From Eubacteriales bacterium (lineage in GTDB: Bacteria > Bacillota > Clostridia > Oscillospirales > CAG-272), in NCBI GenBank assembly GCA_045652835.1, contig JAZOLE010000129.1, positions 933 through 64,932 on the forward strand: a stretch of DNA of 64,000 nucleotides, written 5' to 3'. This document shows positions 62,684 to 64,000 of the stretch, piece after piece. The notes below the pieces were generated by a model. That model saw only the letters and a program-made list of their open reading frames with translations, did no database searches and had not been told where the DNA came from. Within the stretch, counting starts at the first letter, position 1; each line of letters starts with the position of its first letter. The position numbers and the translations under genes were made by a program.

Positions 62684-63841
62684 TTAAACGATAAACGAAG
62701 CGATCAGGGTCAGCACACCGGCAAAGCCGAAATTGAGTGCTGTAAACTTGGCAAGATACGAGCCTGCCTTGCCGGGGTTATGCGCACAGTATTCGCGGAA
62801 AGTGATCAGCGAAGCCAAAGACGCAATCAGCGTGCCTGCACCGCCGATATTGACGCCAAGCAGCAGCGCGGGATACTCGGTGGTGAACTGCGAGAGCAGG
62901 ATTGCCGAGGGCACGTTACTGATAAACTGGCAGGAGAGCACCGAGAACACCAGCGTGTTTTTCTCTAAAAGTCCGCTCATCAAATTGCTGACAGCGGGAA
63001 TGCGCGCCATGTTGCCCGCAAAGATAAAGAAGCAAACGAAGGTTCCAAGCAGACCGTAATCCACCTGACCGAGCGCCTTGCGATCCATAAACAGCAGCGC
63101 ACCCGTGATCAGGATCAGACCGATCCAATAAGGAATCACGCGGAATACCACCACCAGCGCCAAAGCGAACAGCACAAGATAAATGATCGTGCGTCCTGCA
63201 GGCAGGCGGTCACACCCCTGTTCGGGCATTTCCAGCTTAACGCGGGGCAGGCACAGGCAGCAGACCGTGATCAGCGCGATTGCTGCGACAAACGGAATGA
63301 ACATAATGCCCATAAACTCGCCCGTGGGAATGTTGAAAAAGCTGTACAGGTACAGATTCTGCGGATTTCCGAAAGGCGTGAGCATACCGCCAAGGTTGGC
63401 TGCAATGTTCTGCATGATGAACACAAACGCCATATACTTCTGCATACCCGTAAAGGACAGCACGAAATAGCCAAGCGGCAAAAAGGTCAGAAGCGCCATG
63501 TCGTTGCTGATCAGCATCGAGCCGATAAAGGTCACCCACACAAGCGCCAGCACCGCCATGCGCAACGAACCCGTGCATTGCACGATCTTGCGCGAGAGCA
63601 CCGTGAAAAAGCGTATATTTTTAAGCGCACACACCACAGCCAAAGTGCAGAACAGGCAGGTCAGCGTGCGCAGGTCAAAATACCCGACGTACGCAGCGTC
63701 CGGAGGAACGATAACAGCCGTCACGGCAGCGCATGCAGCTGCGATCAGCAGCACCGCGTTCTTCTTGCCAAACGCACCAACCTTATGCAGTGTTTCTTGT
63801 GGATGTGCAACAAACCGAGGAAGCGTTCTTTGTTGAATCAT
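62684..63841 (-). CDS. ArsB/NhaD (citrate-transporter-like) family anion permease
   Basis: About 10 TM helices. The FGNPQNL motif appears in this superfamily. Confidence 0.6.
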   Translation of the reverse strand: MIQQRTLPRFVAHPQETLHKVGAFGKKNAVLLIAAACAAVTAVIVPPDAAYVGYFDLRTLTCLFCTLAVVCALKNIRFFTVLSRKIVQCTGSLRMAVLALVWVTFIGSMLISNDMALLTFLPLGYFVLSFTGMQKYMAFVFIMQNIAANLGGMLTPFGNPQNLYLYSFFNIPTGEFMGIMFIPFVAAIALITVCCLCLPRVKLEMPEQGCDRLPAGRTIIYLVLFALALVVVFRVIPYWIGLILITGALLFMDRKALGQVDYGLLGTFVCFFIFAGNMARIPAVSNLMSGLLEKNTLVFSVLSCQFISNVPSAILLSQFTTEYPALLLGVNIGGAGTLIASLASLITFREYCAHNPGKAGSYLAKFTALNFGFAGVLTLIASFIV

Positions 63842-63882
63842 AACAAAATCCTTTCACCGGGAAAAATTTCACAACGAGAGAA

Positions 63883-63912
63883 ATTATACTACACATGGTA
63901 TGCACTTGTCAA
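63883..63912 (-). promoter_or_regulatory. sigma-A promoter of the permease gene
   Basis: The reverse complement reads TTGACA-18-TATAAT. Confidence 0.6.
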
Positions 63913-63942
63913 GAGATTTTCCTTAAAAAAATAAAAAAACAC

Positions 63943-63964
63943 CCGTGCACCAAACGGTGCACGG
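63943..63964 (-). terminator. terminator of a gene entering from the right edge
   Basis: CCGTGCACC-aaac-GGTGCACGG with a T-run on the minus strand. Confidence 0.7.
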
Positions 63965-63984
63965 ATGTAGGTGCTTATGTAAGA

Positions 63985-64000
63985 TTACTCAGCGTCGGTA
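63985..64000 (-). CDS. last codons of an unidentified minus-strand CDS (..TDAE*)
   Basis: TAA at 63985-63987 followed by a terminator. Too short to identify. Confidence 0.3.

Overview
The window looks like chromosomal DNA from a moderately GC-rich, spore-forming Clostridia-type Firmicute. This is inferred from a spoIIGA-sigE pair, GGAGG ribosome-binding sites and TTGACA-17-TATAAT promoters. No database search was possible, so all product calls rest on motifs read from the ORF track.

Most of the window is housekeeping:
- the dgt-dnaG-rpoD operon
- yigZ-NUDIX-hflX-NUDIX and rpmE
- a two-gene SufC/SufBD pair and two PlsC-type acyltransferases
- metY-metA and recG
- a copZ-like gene with a P-type metal ATPase
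- a GntR-ABC module and a MarR-DUF368-pssA operon
- nagB, a DUF1385 gene and yajC
- a U32-uppP-Toprim-rlmA-GT2 operon

Between these sit many secreted proteins and lipoproteins: two orphan solute-binding proteins, DUF4091, a GH127-like and a GH73-like enzyme, a 979-aa enzyme, and a tandem triplet of lipoproteins.

I found no rRNA, tRNA, CRISPR array, transposase, integrase or recognisable defence system.

The most unusual signal is non-coding. At least three families of hairpin-built intergenic repeats occur:
- Family A: a four-hairpin module present in five copies, whose stems co-vary.
- Family B: ~130-bp inverted repeats that box in a DUF559 endonuclease gene carrying an in-frame amber codon.
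- Family C: a ~500-bp nested palindrome lying against the metal-efflux promoter.

There are also GTAG-headed REP-like hairpins, and three of them sit in frame inside the DUF1385 gene.

Other items worth a second look:
- a shared C-terminal 'G-C + TM helix + K(K/R)KD' tail on two secreted enzymes
- a stand-alone OmpR-type winged-helix gene coupled to a secreted enzyme
- a conserved ~65-bp upstream module found in four places
- an AT-richer cluster of small membrane, lipoprotein and Zn-ribbon genes with a visible duplication scar

CDS coordinates include the stop codon. Where an RBS supported it, starts were moved from the ORF-track position.
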